This document shows positions 40,290 through 50,208 of a stretch of 64,000 nucleotides of DNA, one piece after another; the stretch's first letter is position 1; each line of letters starts with the position of its first letter. The notes below the pieces were generated by a model, which saw only the letters and a list, made by a program, of their open reading frames with translations, was not told the DNA's origin and did no database searches. Source of the stretch: an uncultured Thermoleophilia bacterium (GTDB lineage: Bacteria; Actinomycetota; Thermoleophilia; Gaiellales; Gaiellaceae); contig CAVWQY010000004.1 in NCBI GenBank assembly GCA_963757255.1, forward strand, positions 172,897 to 236,896, read 5' to 3'. The position numbers and the translations under genes were made by a program.

Positions 40290-40730
40290 TCAGCCGTCGA
40301 CGAAGCCCGTGTAGTGGCCGAGGACGGTCTCCCAGCCGCTCGAGTAGCCCGACGACTCGCCGCCGCCGCCGTCGGGGTAGGACTCCCACCCGGAGTGGAC
40401 GAGCTCGACTCGCGTCCCGTCGCCGTCCGGGACGAAACGCAGGCGCAGCTCGGTGGCGGGCTTGCCGGGGCTCACGCGCCAGCGCAGCGTGAGGCCGTGG
40501 GGCGGGTCGTACTCGAGGATGTCGGCCCACTCGTGCCGCTTCCCGTCCACGAGCTCGGACACCGTGCCGCCGACGCGCCAGTCGGCCGAGCCCTCCCCGT
40601 TCCCAACCGAGTGCGTCGCCATCGGCCACCAGTCCAGCCAGCCGACGGTAAACGCCTCGAAGGCGCGTTCGACCGGAACCGAGACATGCACCGTCTTGCG
40701 GATCGTCAGATCCTCCGCGTCGACCATCAT
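40290..40730 (-). CDS. SRPBCC/AHSA1-family protein
   Basis: 146 aa. LTIRKTVHVSVPVERAFEAFT..WWP. Typical ArsR partner. 4-nt overlap with arsR. Confidence 0.8.
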   Translation of the reverse strand: MMVDAEDLTIRKTVHVSVPVERAFEAFTVGWLDWWPMATHSVGNGEGSADWRVGGTVSELVDGKRHEWADILEYDPPHGLTLRWRVSPGKPATELRLRFVPDGDGTRVELVHSGWESYPDGGGGESSGYSSGWETVLGHYTGFVDG

Positions 40731-41038
40731 GGTCTGCCTTCCTTTCTCTCGGCCGCCTCCTTGTAGGCGTCGAGGGCCTGTGACCAGAATTGCTCGAAGT
40801 AAGCGCGCAGCTCCACGAGGCCCCGCGGTGCGAGCTCGTAGATCCGCCTCGTGCCCTCCCGCCGTTCGGCGACGAGGCCTGCCTCCTTCAAGACGCGCAG
40901 GTGCTGCGACACCGCGGGCCGGCTGACCGGCAGCCCGTCGGCGATCTCGCCGACCGACCGGGGCCCCGAGCGCAAGCGGTCGAAGACCGCCCGCCTCGTC
41001 GGGTCACCGAGCGCGTCCATGACCTGTCCGTAAGCCAT
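40727..41038 (-). CDS. ArsR/SmtB-family transcriptional regulator
   Basis: LGDPTRRAVFDRL..SVGEIADGLPVSRPAVSQHLRVLKEAGLV. Confidence 0.9.
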   Translation of the reverse strand: MAYGQVMDALGDPTRRAVFDRLRSGPRSVGEIADGLPVSRPAVSQHLRVLKEAGLVAERREGTRRIYELAPRGLVELRAYFEQFWSQALDAYKEAAERKEGRP

Positions 41039-41067
41039 GACTTACGTAAGCGTAGACTTACGCTAAG
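41029..41067. promoter_or_regulatory. candidate ArsR operator: two overlapping CGTAAG-N6-CTTACG inverted repeats
   Basis: CGTAAG 41029-34, CTTACG 41041-46, CGTAAG 41045-50, CTTACG 41057-62. The first unit spans the arsR ATG. The only AT-rich stretch in a 35-bp intergenic gap. Confidence 0.5.
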
Positions 41068-41073
41068 TGGCTG

Positions 41074-41706
41074 TCAAGCGCTGTGGCCGCTGCGCGCGGC
41101 GTCGAACTCTGCGCTGCTCAGCGGACGCCTGGGGAGCGGCCGCGCCGCCTCGGGCCTGAGCCCGTCGAAGACGATCGCGAGATAGCGCTTCCAGGCGCCG
41201 GGTGCGGCATCCTCGAGCAGCAGGCCGGACTTCGCGACCCCGGTGAGGAGCACCGGCAGATCGAGCGCGCGAACGTCGGCCCGCACGGACCCCGAGGCCT
41301 GCGCACGGGAGAGCAGCGCGTCCAGCTTCGAGACGAGCACGTCGACGAGCTCCCGGAGGCCCTCGCGGGCGAAGAGATCGGTCTCGGTCGCGTCGCACCA
41401 GCAGCGGTCACTGATCTGCATGGCCGCCGCGGTCTCCATGAAGCCACGCAGCGCAGCTTCGGGGTCGCCCTCGGCCAGCGCAGCGTCCGCCGCCTCGATC
41501 AGCTGAGTCGTGCGCTGCTCGACGACGGCGGCAAGGAGGTCGTCTTTGGTGGGAAACCGCCGAAAGATCGTGCCCACTCCCACGCCGGCACGCTCCGCGA
41601 TCTCCAGGACCGGCGCGTCGATGCCTTGCTCGGCGAAGACCTCGCGCGCGGCGTCGAGCACGCGCACGAGGTTTCGCTGAGCGTCGGCACGAAGTACGGT
41701 GGTCAT
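41074..41706 (-). CDS. TetR-family transcriptional regulator
   Basis: HTH AQRNLVRVLDAAREVFAEQGIDAPVLEIAERAGVGVGTIFRRFPTKDDL. The ATG overlaps the MFS stop (ATGA). Confidence 0.9.
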   Translation of the reverse strand: MTTVLRADAQRNLVRVLDAAREVFAEQGIDAPVLEIAERAGVGVGTIFRRFPTKDDLLAAVVEQRTTQLIEAADAALAEGDPEAALRGFMETAAAMQISDRCWCDATETDLFAREGLRELVDVLVSKLDALLSRAQASGSVRADVRALDLPVLLTGVAKSGLLLEDAAPGAWKRYLAIVFDGLRPEAARPLPRRPLSSAEFDAARSGHSA

Positions 41707-43154
41707 GCAGCGAGCTCCACGAGCGTGTCGTCGACGACGTCGTCGGCGTCGATCGACGCGACATGACGCTTGCGAATGCCGATCATGAGCACGACGAGGC
41801 CGGCGGCAAGGAACGCGGCGCCGACCGCGAACGCGACGTGGTACCCGCTCGTCAGTGCCTCGGGCCGGGCGACGCCCGACGCCTGCAGGCTCGCAGTGCG
41901 GCTCGCGGCCAGCGTCGACAGGATCGCGAGACCGAGCGCGCCACCGATCTGCTGGGAGGTGTTGAAGATCCCGGATGCGAGACCCGCGTCCTCGTGCGCG
42001 ACGTTCGTCGTTGCAAGCAGTGTCAACGGCACGAATGTCAGCCCCATGCCGATCGACATGATCGACACGCCGCCGAAGACCTCGGTCCAGTAACTCCCGT
42101 GTGTCGTGATCTGGGTGAACAGCGCGAGGCCGATCGTGGCGATCGTGAGGCCCGACGCAGTCACGATGCGGATCCCGAGACGCTGGATCAGCGACTGGGC
42201 GGCGCCGGCTCCGATGACGATCCCGAACGTGAACGGGAGAAACGCGAAGCCTGCCTTGAGCGGCCCGTAGCCGAGAATCTCCTGGATGTACAGGGAGGCG
42301 AAGTAGAACATCGAGAACATCCCCGACGCCACGAGCAGCATCGAGATGTTGCTGGTCGTGAGCGATCGCATCCGGAAGATCCCGAGCCGGATCAGCGGCG
42401 ACTTCGAGCGCAGCTCGATGGCGACGAACGACCCGAGCAGCGCGGCTGCGAGTGCGAACAGGCCGAGCGTGCGACTGGATGCCCAGCCGTAGTCCTGCGT
42501 CTTCACGATCGCGTAGACGAGCACCAGCAGCCCGCCGGTCACCGTGACGGCGCCGGCGACGTCGGCGGTCTCCGGCTTCTCCTCGGCACGCGAGTTCGGG
42601 ATGAACCGCAGCGAGAGCAGCGCAGCCGCGATCCCGATCGGCAGGTTGACGAAGAAGACCCACCGCCACGAGAGCGTCTCGGTGAGCAGCCCGCCGAGGA
42701 TCAGGCCGACCGCGCCGCCGCCGGCCGCGATCGCACTCCAGATTCCAAGCGCCTTCGTGCGCTCACGGCCCTCGGCGAAGGTCGTCATCACGATCGAGAG
42801 CGCCGCCGGTGAGACGAGTGCGGCGCCGAGGCCCTGCAACGCCCGGCCGCCGATCAGGACGCCGGACGACGTCGCGAGGCCGTTGATGAGCGACGCGACG
42901 GTGAAGACGACGATGCCGGCGATGAAGAGCCGCTGCCTTCCGAGCAGGTCGGACGCGCGGCCGCCGAGCAGCAGGAAGCCGCCGAAGACGAGGGCGTACG
43001 CATTGACGATCCACTGCAGGCTCGTGGGCGAGAAATGCAGCCCGTGCTGGATCGACGGGAGCGCGACGTTCACGATCGTGGCATCGAGGATGACCATGAA
43101 CTGCGCGATGCAGACCAGGACGAGCACGAGCCAGCGGTTTGTTTCCGATCTCAA
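41703..43154 (-). CDS. MFS transporter, DHA2 (EmrB/QacA, 14-TMS) drug-efflux type
   Basis: TTG start with AGGAGG upstream. LDATIVNVALPSI, GGRASDLLGRQRLF. 483 aa. Confidence 0.88.
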   Translation of the reverse strand: MRSETNRWLVLVLVCIAQFMVILDATIVNVALPSIQHGLHFSPTSLQWIVNAYALVFGGFLLLGGRASDLLGRQRLFIAGIVVFTVASLINGLATSSGVLIGGRALQGLGAALVSPAALSIVMTTFAEGRERTKALGIWSAIAAGGGAVGLILGGLLTETLSWRWVFFVNLPIGIAAALLSLRFIPNSRAEEKPETADVAGAVTVTGGLLVLVYAIVKTQDYGWASSRTLGLFALAAALLGSFVAIELRSKSPLIRLGIFRMRSLTTSNISMLLVASGMFSMFYFASLYIQEILGYGPLKAGFAFLPFTFGIVIGAGAAQSLIQRLGIRIVTASGLTIATIGLALFTQITTHGSYWTEVFGGVSIMSIGMGLTFVPLTLLATTNVAHEDAGLASGIFNTSQQIGGALGLAILSTLAASRTASLQASGVARPEALTSGYHVAFAVGAAFLAAGLVVLMIGIRKRHVASIDADDVVDDTLVELAA

Positions 43155-43217
43155 AGCGACCTCCTAAGCGGACTGAAGACTCCGGATACCGTACCGGAAA
43201 CGGAGTGGTCGCTCCGG

Positions 43218-43712
43218 TTATTCCCGGTCGAGTGCGTGGACCCAGAGCTCGCCCCACTCGCTCGGGACGCTCTCGTGGAATCGAAAGCCCAACTTGCGCA
43301 TCACGTTGCGGGACGCGAGGTTCGCTTCCGTCGTGATCGAGACGACTCGCGAGTAGCCGAGCTCGCCGAACGCCCACGCAACGACCGCTGCTCCCGCCTC
43401 GGTCGCGATCCCCTGGCCCCACCAGGGCGGATCGAGCGCCCAGCCGACCTCGGGGTCGCCGGGCCAGACACGGTGGAAGCTCGGACCGACGCGGCCGATC
43501 AGCTCGCCCGTGGGCGTCCACTGGATCGCGAGCTGGCCGAAGCCGTGGTCGTGCCAGTGGCGCTCCCAGCGGTCGAATGCCTCGTCGCTCTGTGCGCGGG
43601 TCAGGCCCCCGTGGAGGTGGCGCGTGAAGTCGGCGTCGGCGTTCCAGCGGGCGACGGTCCCACGGTCGGCCGGGGTGAAACGGCGGAGCGTGAGCCGCTC
43701 GGTCTCGATCAC
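43218..43712 (-). CDS. GNAT N-acetyltransferase (RimJ/RimL-like)
   Basis: ERLTLRRFTPADRG..WGQGIATEAGAAVVAWAF..NLASRNVMRKLGF. Confidence 0.85.
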   Translation of the reverse strand: MIETERLTLRRFTPADRGTVARWNADADFTRHLHGGLTRAQSDEAFDRWERHWHDHGFGQLAIQWTPTGELIGRVGPSFHRVWPGDPEVGWALDPPWWGQGIATEAGAAVVAWAFGELGYSRVVSITTEANLASRNVMRKLGFRFHESVPSEWGELWVHALDRE

Positions 43713-44656
43713 AGCGTCAGGACGGTCGTCGTCAAGGTCACCGTCGGGACGAAGCCGACGCGGCGGTTGATGTGGCGCATTTGCAGGTTGTCCTCGGCAT
43801 TCATCGTCGAGACGCGCTCGACGCCGGGATGCTCGGTCCGGAGCAGCCGCAACGACTCGAGCTTCACCGCGACCGCGAGCCCGCGCCCTCGCGCCCAGCC
43901 GACCGTTGCCGTGTCGTCGGTCGCCGCTTCCGGCGACGAAGGAGTGACTCGCAGGTCGGTGAATGCGCCGACCTCGCCGCCGTCGTTCACCGCCACGGTG
44001 ATGCGCATCACACGACCACGACGGGCGCAGGTCTCTTCCAGGTCGCGCAGCTCCTCGATCGTCATCGCCTCACTCTCCTGCCCGCCGGGAGCGGGAGCGT
44101 CGCGCATCGCGTCGCGTGCCCGCACGAGAGACGCGGCGAGCTCGTCGGGAGCCCGGCCGACCCATGAGCGGAGCCTCCATCCGTCGGGCACGACGGGAGG
44201 CGGCAGTTCGGCTGAGCGCAGATCGAGCACCGAACGCACGTCGCGCTGATCGTCGACCGCACCGACGTGCGCGGCGAACGCGGCGCCCGCCTCGGTCGAA
44301 TGGTGGCCGAAGAACGACTGCACCTGCTCCGCGCGCGCCGCGTCACGCAGTGCGTCGAGCAGCGCGATGCCTACCCCTCGACGCCGGCTCTCCGGACGCA
44401 CGAGCAGTTGCACGTAGACGAATGACGGCGAATGCACGAAGAGGATCGCCGAGCCGACGACCTTCCCTTCCGACTCGGCCACCCAGTGCCGGCGCACCTG
44501 TCCACCCGGTGCGTGTCGCATGTACGAGACCGCCTCCTCGACCGAGCGGCCCTGCTCTCCCGGGAACAGCTCGGGCGCGCAAGCCTGTTCGACCTCGTGG
44601 ACGCCCACCAGATCCTCACGTGGCGCGTGGGCTGCGTCGAACTCGCGAACGCGCAC
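43709..44656 (-). CDS. tandem-GNAT acetyltransferase (MshD/Eis-like architecture)
   Basis: Two GNAT cores (LLVRPESRRRGVGIALL and VGWARGRGLAVAVK). GTG start lies 7 nt after the mreB stop. Confidence 0.75.
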   Translation of the reverse strand: MRVREFDAAHAPREDLVGVHEVEQACAPELFPGEQGRSVEEAVSYMRHAPGGQVRRHWVAESEGKVVGSAILFVHSPSFVYVQLLVRPESRRRGVGIALLDALRDAARAEQVQSFFGHHSTEAGAAFAAHVGAVDDQRDVRSVLDLRSAELPPPVVPDGWRLRSWVGRAPDELAASLVRARDAMRDAPAPGGQESEAMTIEELRDLEETCARRGRVMRITVAVNDGGEVGAFTDLRVTPSSPEAATDDTATVGWARGRGLAVAVKLESLRLLRTEHPGVERVSTMNAEDNLQMRHINRRVGFVPTVTLTTTVLTL

Positions 44657-44663
44657 GGGTGTT

Positions 44664-45737
<1,074 letters not shown>

Positions 45738-45745
45738 CTAGCCTC

Positions 45746-46556
45746 TTGCCGCTCGAGGCCCTGATTCTCGCTCTTGGGAGCGCGGTTCTCCACGCTGTGT
45801 GGAATCTCTTGCTCGGCCGGGCGAGGGACGTACAGGCCGCAACGGCCGCGACATTCCTCGTCTCGATGGCGATCGCGCTGCCGTTCGCGCTCGTCTGGTG
45901 GCACGCAGATCGATCCGTCTGGCCGTACGCGCTTGCGTCCACGCTCCTCGAGACGCTCTATCTCGTCGCGCTCGCGGCCGCCTACCATCGCGGTGAGATC
46001 TCGTTCGTCTACCCGCTCACGCGCGGGGTGGCGCCGGTGCTCGTGCTCGCCTTCACCGTGTTCTGGCTGGGGCACCACGCCTCCGCGGCCGAAGTGGCGG
46101 GCGTGCTCCTCGTCGCGTGCGGCGTCGTGCTCGTGCGCGGCCTCGGTGTGCGGGGTGACGCGGCCGCTCTCGTCTGGACCGCGACGATCGCGGCGACGAT
46201 CGCCGCCTACACGCTGGTCGATCGCGTGGGCATCCACCGCGCGGGCGCCATCACGTACTTCGTGTTGACCCTGGTCGGCCCCTGTCTGATCTCGCCCTGG
46301 CTCGCCGGCACGCGCGCGATCCGGCGCGAGCTCGGCTGGCCCGTCGCCGCCGGGGGGCTCGCGAGCTTCGGCTCGTTCACCTTCGGCCTGCTCGCGCTTC
46401 GCCACGGCAGCGCCGCCGCGGTGCTCGCCGTCCGCTCGTCCTCGGTCGTCGATCGCAACCGCGCTTGCGAGCCGGGTCCTCGCCGAGCGAGTCTCGTGGA
46501 CACGGCTGCTCGGGTCGGTGCTCGTCTTCGCAGGGATCGTGCTGCTCGCCGCCTGA
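45746..46556 (+). pseudogene. EamA/DMT-family transporter, frame broken by one extra base near 46451
   Basis: The frame of TTG 45746 is readable as far as ..AAAVLAVRSSSVV. The canonical C-terminus IATALASRVLAERVSWTRLLGSVLVFAGIVLLAA-stop is in the +1 frame. Junction gtc gtc [g] atc gca. Confidence 0.8.
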
Positions 46557-46582
46557 AACGGCCGTGGCCGAGAAGGCAAGTT

Positions 46583-46625
46583 GGACATGGATGTCCCTGG
46601 CGCTTCTCCATGGACATCCATGTCC
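46583..46625. repeat. twin 14-bp palindromes / 14-bp perfect inverted repeat between convergent genes
   Basis: GGACATGGATGTCC at 46583-96 and GGACATCCATGTCC at 46612-25. Each is self-complementary around a 2-nt centre, and the two are exact reverse complements of each other. Confidence 0.75.
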
Positions 46626-46649
46626 CGTCCGCGGTATCGGGACAGTGGT

Positions 46650-47216
46650 TCAGCCGTATCCGTACAGCCCGGGAAACCGCCGCGCCAGCAGCCCAACGAG
46701 CAGCGCCGCCGGCAGCCCCACGACGTTGAGGAAGTCGCCGTCGATGCGCTCGACCAGGCTCGCCCCGCGTCCCTGGATGGCGTAGGCGCCTGCGCGTCCC
46801 TCCCACTCGCCGGCGTCGACGTAGTGGTCGAGCTCGCGCCGGGCGAGCGGCCGGAACGTGACGAGCGTCGTCGCCGTGTGCAGCTCCTCCCACGCCGGCG
46901 TGCGGAGGCAGAGGCCCGAGACCACCTCGTGCGTGCGGCCGGCAAGGGTCTCGAGCATCGCGTGCGCCTCGCTGGCGTTCGTGGGCTTGCCGAGCAGCGC
47001 GCCGTCGAGCAGCACTTCGGTGTCGACTCCCAGCACGGCGCGCTCGCCGCCGTCGACCGACCGAGCCTTGCCGGCGGCGCGCTCGAGCGGATCGGTTCCG
47101 GGCGCCTCGTCGAAATCCGGCACGGCCACCTCGAACGGCACGCGGAGCTGCGTCAGGATCGCCCGCCGCTGAGGCGACGTCGAAGCGAGCACGAGCGGCG
47201 GCGGCGGGATGCTCAC
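46650..47216 (-). CDS. maf: Maf-family nucleoside triphosphate pyrophosphatase
   Basis: GTG 47216. LVLASTSPQRRAILTQL..GKP..GAYAIQG. There is no stop codon between it and the upstream methyltransferase frame. Confidence 0.88.
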   Translation of the reverse strand: MSIPPPPLVLASTSPQRRAILTQLRVPFEVAVPDFDEAPGTDPLERAAGKARSVDGGERAVLGVDTEVLLDGALLGKPTNASEAHAMLETLAGRTHEVVSGLCLRTPAWEELHTATTLVTFRPLARRELDHYVDAGEWEGRAGAYAIQGRGASLVERIDGDFLNVVGLPAALLVGLLARRFPGLYGYG

Positions 47217-48042
47217 TCCGGAACGCGCTTGGTGCCCAGGCTCATCTGCTCCCTTCTGCCCAGGCTCATCTGCGCGCTTACGTGCGACCCAGATCTCCTC
47301 ACACGGCCACTTGCGCGCCCATTCCGCCGTCACGTATGCGTAGTGCTCGTGCGTCTCGGCGTCGGGCGGTGCCTGGAGCTCGAGCAGCCGCTCGATCTCG
47401 AAGCCGTTCGCGCGCAGCAGGTCGATCCATTCTCCGTGCGGCAGGTGGAACTCCACGCCCCCCTCCGGCCACTCGAAGCGGCGCATGCCGAACTGGGGCA
47501 CCTGGAGGGTCTCCGACGCCGGGCCCTCGTCGGGCGTGCAGAGGATGACGAGTGTCGAGTTGCGCAGGAACACGAGCTGCCCTCCGGGGCGCAGGAGGCG
47601 GGCGGCCTCGGGGATCCACCGGTAGGGGTCGACCCAGATCGAGGCCCCGTACTCCGAGAGGACGAGGTCGGCCGAAGCATCCGGCAGGCCCGTCTCGGCG
47701 GCATCGGCCTCGCACGAGCGGGAACTCGATCCCGGTCTCGGCCATCTGGCGCCGGGCCGTGTCGAGCTGCGCGGTCGTGATGTCGACACCCACCGGTCGC
47801 GCACCCCGTTTCGCGAGCCACGCCGAGAAGTACGCGGTGCCACAGCCGAGCTCGACCACGTCGAGCCCGCGCACGTCGCCGAGGACGTTCAGCTCCGATT
47901 CGTCGATCGCCCAGATGCCCCAGTGGATCGTGTCGAGCGCCCAGTTGTCCGACGCGTGCTCGTCGGTGTACTCCTCGTTCGTGCGCGTCCAGAGCTCCGC
48001 GTTCCTCGCGGCGTCGCGCGCGGGTTGGTCAGGCGAGCCCAT
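47217..48042 (-). pseudogene. class I SAM-dependent methyltransferase, frame broken near 47712 and lacking its own stop (reads into maf)
   Basis: The N-terminal part from ATG 48042 (VVELGCGTAYFSAWLAKRGARPVGVDIT) ends at ..GIEFPLV. It continues in another frame as EADAAETGLPDASADLVLSEYGA..RPGGQLVF..EEIWVARKRA. Junction ctc gtg [c] gag gcc. Confidence 0.8.
47233..47273. repeat. 17-nt perfect direct repeat with 24-bp period at the methyltransferase-maf junction
   Basis: tgcccaggctcatctgc at 47233-49 and 47257-73. It encodes ADEPGQKG and ADEPGHQA in the open frame. Confidence 0.9.
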
Positions 48043-48445
48043 CGGGGAACCAGATCCCGATCTCGCGCTCGGCCGACTCGACCGAGTCGGAGCCGTGGAC
48101 GAGGTTGTTCGGCATCGCGAGCGCGAACGAGCCGCGCAGCGAGCCCGGGTCCGCGTCGGCCGGATTCGTCGCACCGATCGTCTTGCGGCAGGTCGCGATC
48201 GCGCCCTCTCCCTCGAGCACGAACGCAAGGGTCGGCCCCGACGTGATGAAGTCCACGAGCTCGCCGAAGAACGGCTTCTCTTTGTGCTCGGCGTAGTGCG
48301 TCTCACCGACCTCGCGGCTCGCGGTCACGAACCGGGCGGCGCGCAGCTTCAGCCCGCGGCGCTCGAAGCGCGCCAGGATCTCGCCGGCGAGGTTCCGCTC
48401 GACGGCATCCGGCTTCGCGAGGATCAGTGTGCGCTCGACGGCCAT
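48029..48445 (-). CDS. ndk: nucleoside diphosphate kinase
   Basis: [23 protein letters not shown]. Confidence 0.96.
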   Translation of the reverse strand: MAVERTLILAKPDAVERNLAGEILARFERRGLKLRAARFVTASREVGETHYAEHKEKPFFGELVDFITSGPTLAFVLEGEGAIATCRKTIGATNPADADPGSLRGSFALAMPNNLVHGSDSVESAEREIGIWFPDGLA

Positions 48446-48458
48446 GCGGCCGCGCACG

Positions 48459-48977
48459 TTACCCGGAACGCTGGCGCCGCGGCGGGCGCTTGCGCTCGGT
48501 GAGGTTCACCGTGTCGTCGGCCTGGTCGATCGGCGTCTCGCAGTACGGGCAGACCTGCCACAGCGCCTCGAGCGGCCTGTGGCACGTCACGCACGAGTGC
48601 CGCAACTTCGTCGTGCAGACCGGGCAGATCAGGAAGTCCTCGTCGACCTCGGCGCGGCAGACCGGACAGTGCAGGTCGCGGCCGCCCAGGCGCCGCTCCA
48701 TCGCCTTGATCTCGAGCTCGCGCTCGCGCACGTCCTCCAGGTACTCGGGAGGCCGGAAGAGCATGTAGATGAGCGGCCCGATGAACGGCACGATGCCGAG
48801 CCCGGTCGAGACCCAGACGAGCAGCGGGTCCTCGATCCGGCGCCGCGCGTCCTTGTACACCCAGTAGATCGTGGCGACCCAGAACACCAGCACGAACAGG
48901 ACCACCATGTTGCGGATCACGTACCACGTGGAGGAGTGGAAGAAGTTGTGGACGCTGCCGAAGGCGGATGCGGTCAC
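48459..48977 (-). CDS. membrane protein with C-terminal double zinc-ribbon
   Basis: Two TM segments, then [28 protein letters not shown]. Confidence 0.65.
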   Translation of the reverse strand: MTASAFGSVHNFFHSSTWYVIRNMVVLFVLVFWVATIYWVYKDARRRIEDPLLVWVSTGLGIVPFIGPLIYMLFRPPEYLEDVRERELEIKAMERRLGGRDLHCPVCRAEVDEDFLICPVCTTKLRHSCVTCHRPLEALWQVCPYCETPIDQADDTVNLTERKRPPRRQRSG

Positions 48978-49087
48978 AGGAGGATTCTTCCTATCCCGTA
49001 CCCCGCCGCAAACGCCAGGCCGACGAAGAGCGCCAGAATGACGAGGGCGAAGAGGAAGACACTGATTCGTTCACCAGGACGGGCCAT
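48974..49087 (-). CDS. 37-aa single-TM peptide
   Basis: [37 protein letters not shown]. 4-nt overlap with the downstream gene. Weak SD. Confidence 0.3.
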   Translation of the reverse strand: MARPGERISVFLFALVILALFVGLAFAAGYGIGRILL

Positions 49088-49098
49088 GGTATGCCCTT

Positions 49099-50208
49099 TC
49101 ACTCGTCGCCGGAGAGATCGGCCAGCAGGTACAGCGAGCCTGCGACGAGCAGCGCCCCGTCGGGCCCTGCCAGCTCGAGGCCGCGGAGGCGCGCGGCCAC
49201 GGGATCGGCAACCGACTCGACCCGCGCGAAATACGGCTTCGCGGCCGCCGCGAGCTCGGCGGCGGGAATCGCCCGCGAGCTCGAGGACTGCGTCGCGACG
49301 AGGGTGTCGGCGCGCTGCGCGAGCGCACGCAACATCGAGTCGACGTCCTTGTCGGCGAGGATCGAGGCAACCAGGGTGAACGACCGGTCGGGCAGGCGCG
49401 GGAGCAGCCAGCCGACACCGGCGAGGTTGTGGGCGCCGTCGCGAATCTCGAGCGGCCGCTCGCTGTACCGCTCCAGACGCCCCGGGAGCTGCTCGGCGCG
49501 TTGCGGAAGCACCGCGAGCGGCCGCTCGAGCAACGCCTCCGCGGCGGCGCTCGCGAGGGCGAGCGCGCTCCGGCCAGGATGGTCGACCCGGGCCGCGCCC
49601 TGGGCGCGGGCGAGATCGCCCCACTCCGGCTCGCCCGTGACGACGATCGCGCCCGGCCGCACGACGGCGAGCTTCTCGGCTGCGATCAGCTCACGGGTCG
49701 CTCCGAGTGCGTCCGTGTGGTCGAGTGCGACGTTCGTGAGCACGACCACCGGAGCGTCGACGACGTTGGTCGCGTCGTGACGGCCACCGAGCCCGGCTTC
49801 GACGGCCGCGACCTGGACGCCGCGTGCGGCGAAATCGGCGAACGCGGCCGCGGTGACCGCCTCGAACTGGGTCGCTCCGACCGCCTCGGCATCCGGCCGG
49901 ACGCGCGCGACTGCGCGCTCGAAGGCGTCGCGGTCGGTGTCGAGCCGCTCGTGCCAGCCGCTCACGTGCGGCGAGAGATATGAGGCTGTGCGCAGGCCCT
50001 CGGCGGCAAGCAGGCGCGCGATCGTGCGGGCCGTCGTCGACTTGCCGTTCGTGCCGACGACGTGGATCGACGTGAACGAGCGCTGCGGGTTGCCGAGCCG
50101 GTCGAGCAGCGCCGTGATCCGCTCGAGCCCGAAACCGTCGGCCGGCCACGGACTGAGCGACTCGAGCCAGTCGACTGCGGGAGATGCTCTACGCGTCGCC
50201 GATTGCAT
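49099..50208 (-). CDS. folC: dihydrofolate synthase / folylpolyglutamate synthase
   Basis: IHVVGTNGKSTTARTIA. Mur-ligase fold. Start assumed at MQSATRR, overlapping the valS end by 20 nt. Confidence 0.88.
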   Translation of the reverse strand: MQSATRRASPAVDWLESLSPWPADGFGLERITALLDRLGNPQRSFTSIHVVGTNGKSTTARTIARLLAAEGLRTASYLSPHVSGWHERLDTDRDAFERAVARVRPDAEAVGATQFEAVTAAAFADFAARGVQVAAVEAGLGGRHDATNVVDAPVVVLTNVALDHTDALGATRELIAAEKLAVVRPGAIVVTGEPEWGDLARAQGAARVDHPGRSALALASAAAEALLERPLAVLPQRAEQLPGRLERYSERPLEIRDGAHNLAGVGWLLPRLPDRSFTLVASILADKDVDSMLRALAQRADTLVATQSSSSRAIPAAELAAAAKPYFARVESVADPVAARLRGLELAGPDGALLVAGSLYLLADLSGDE

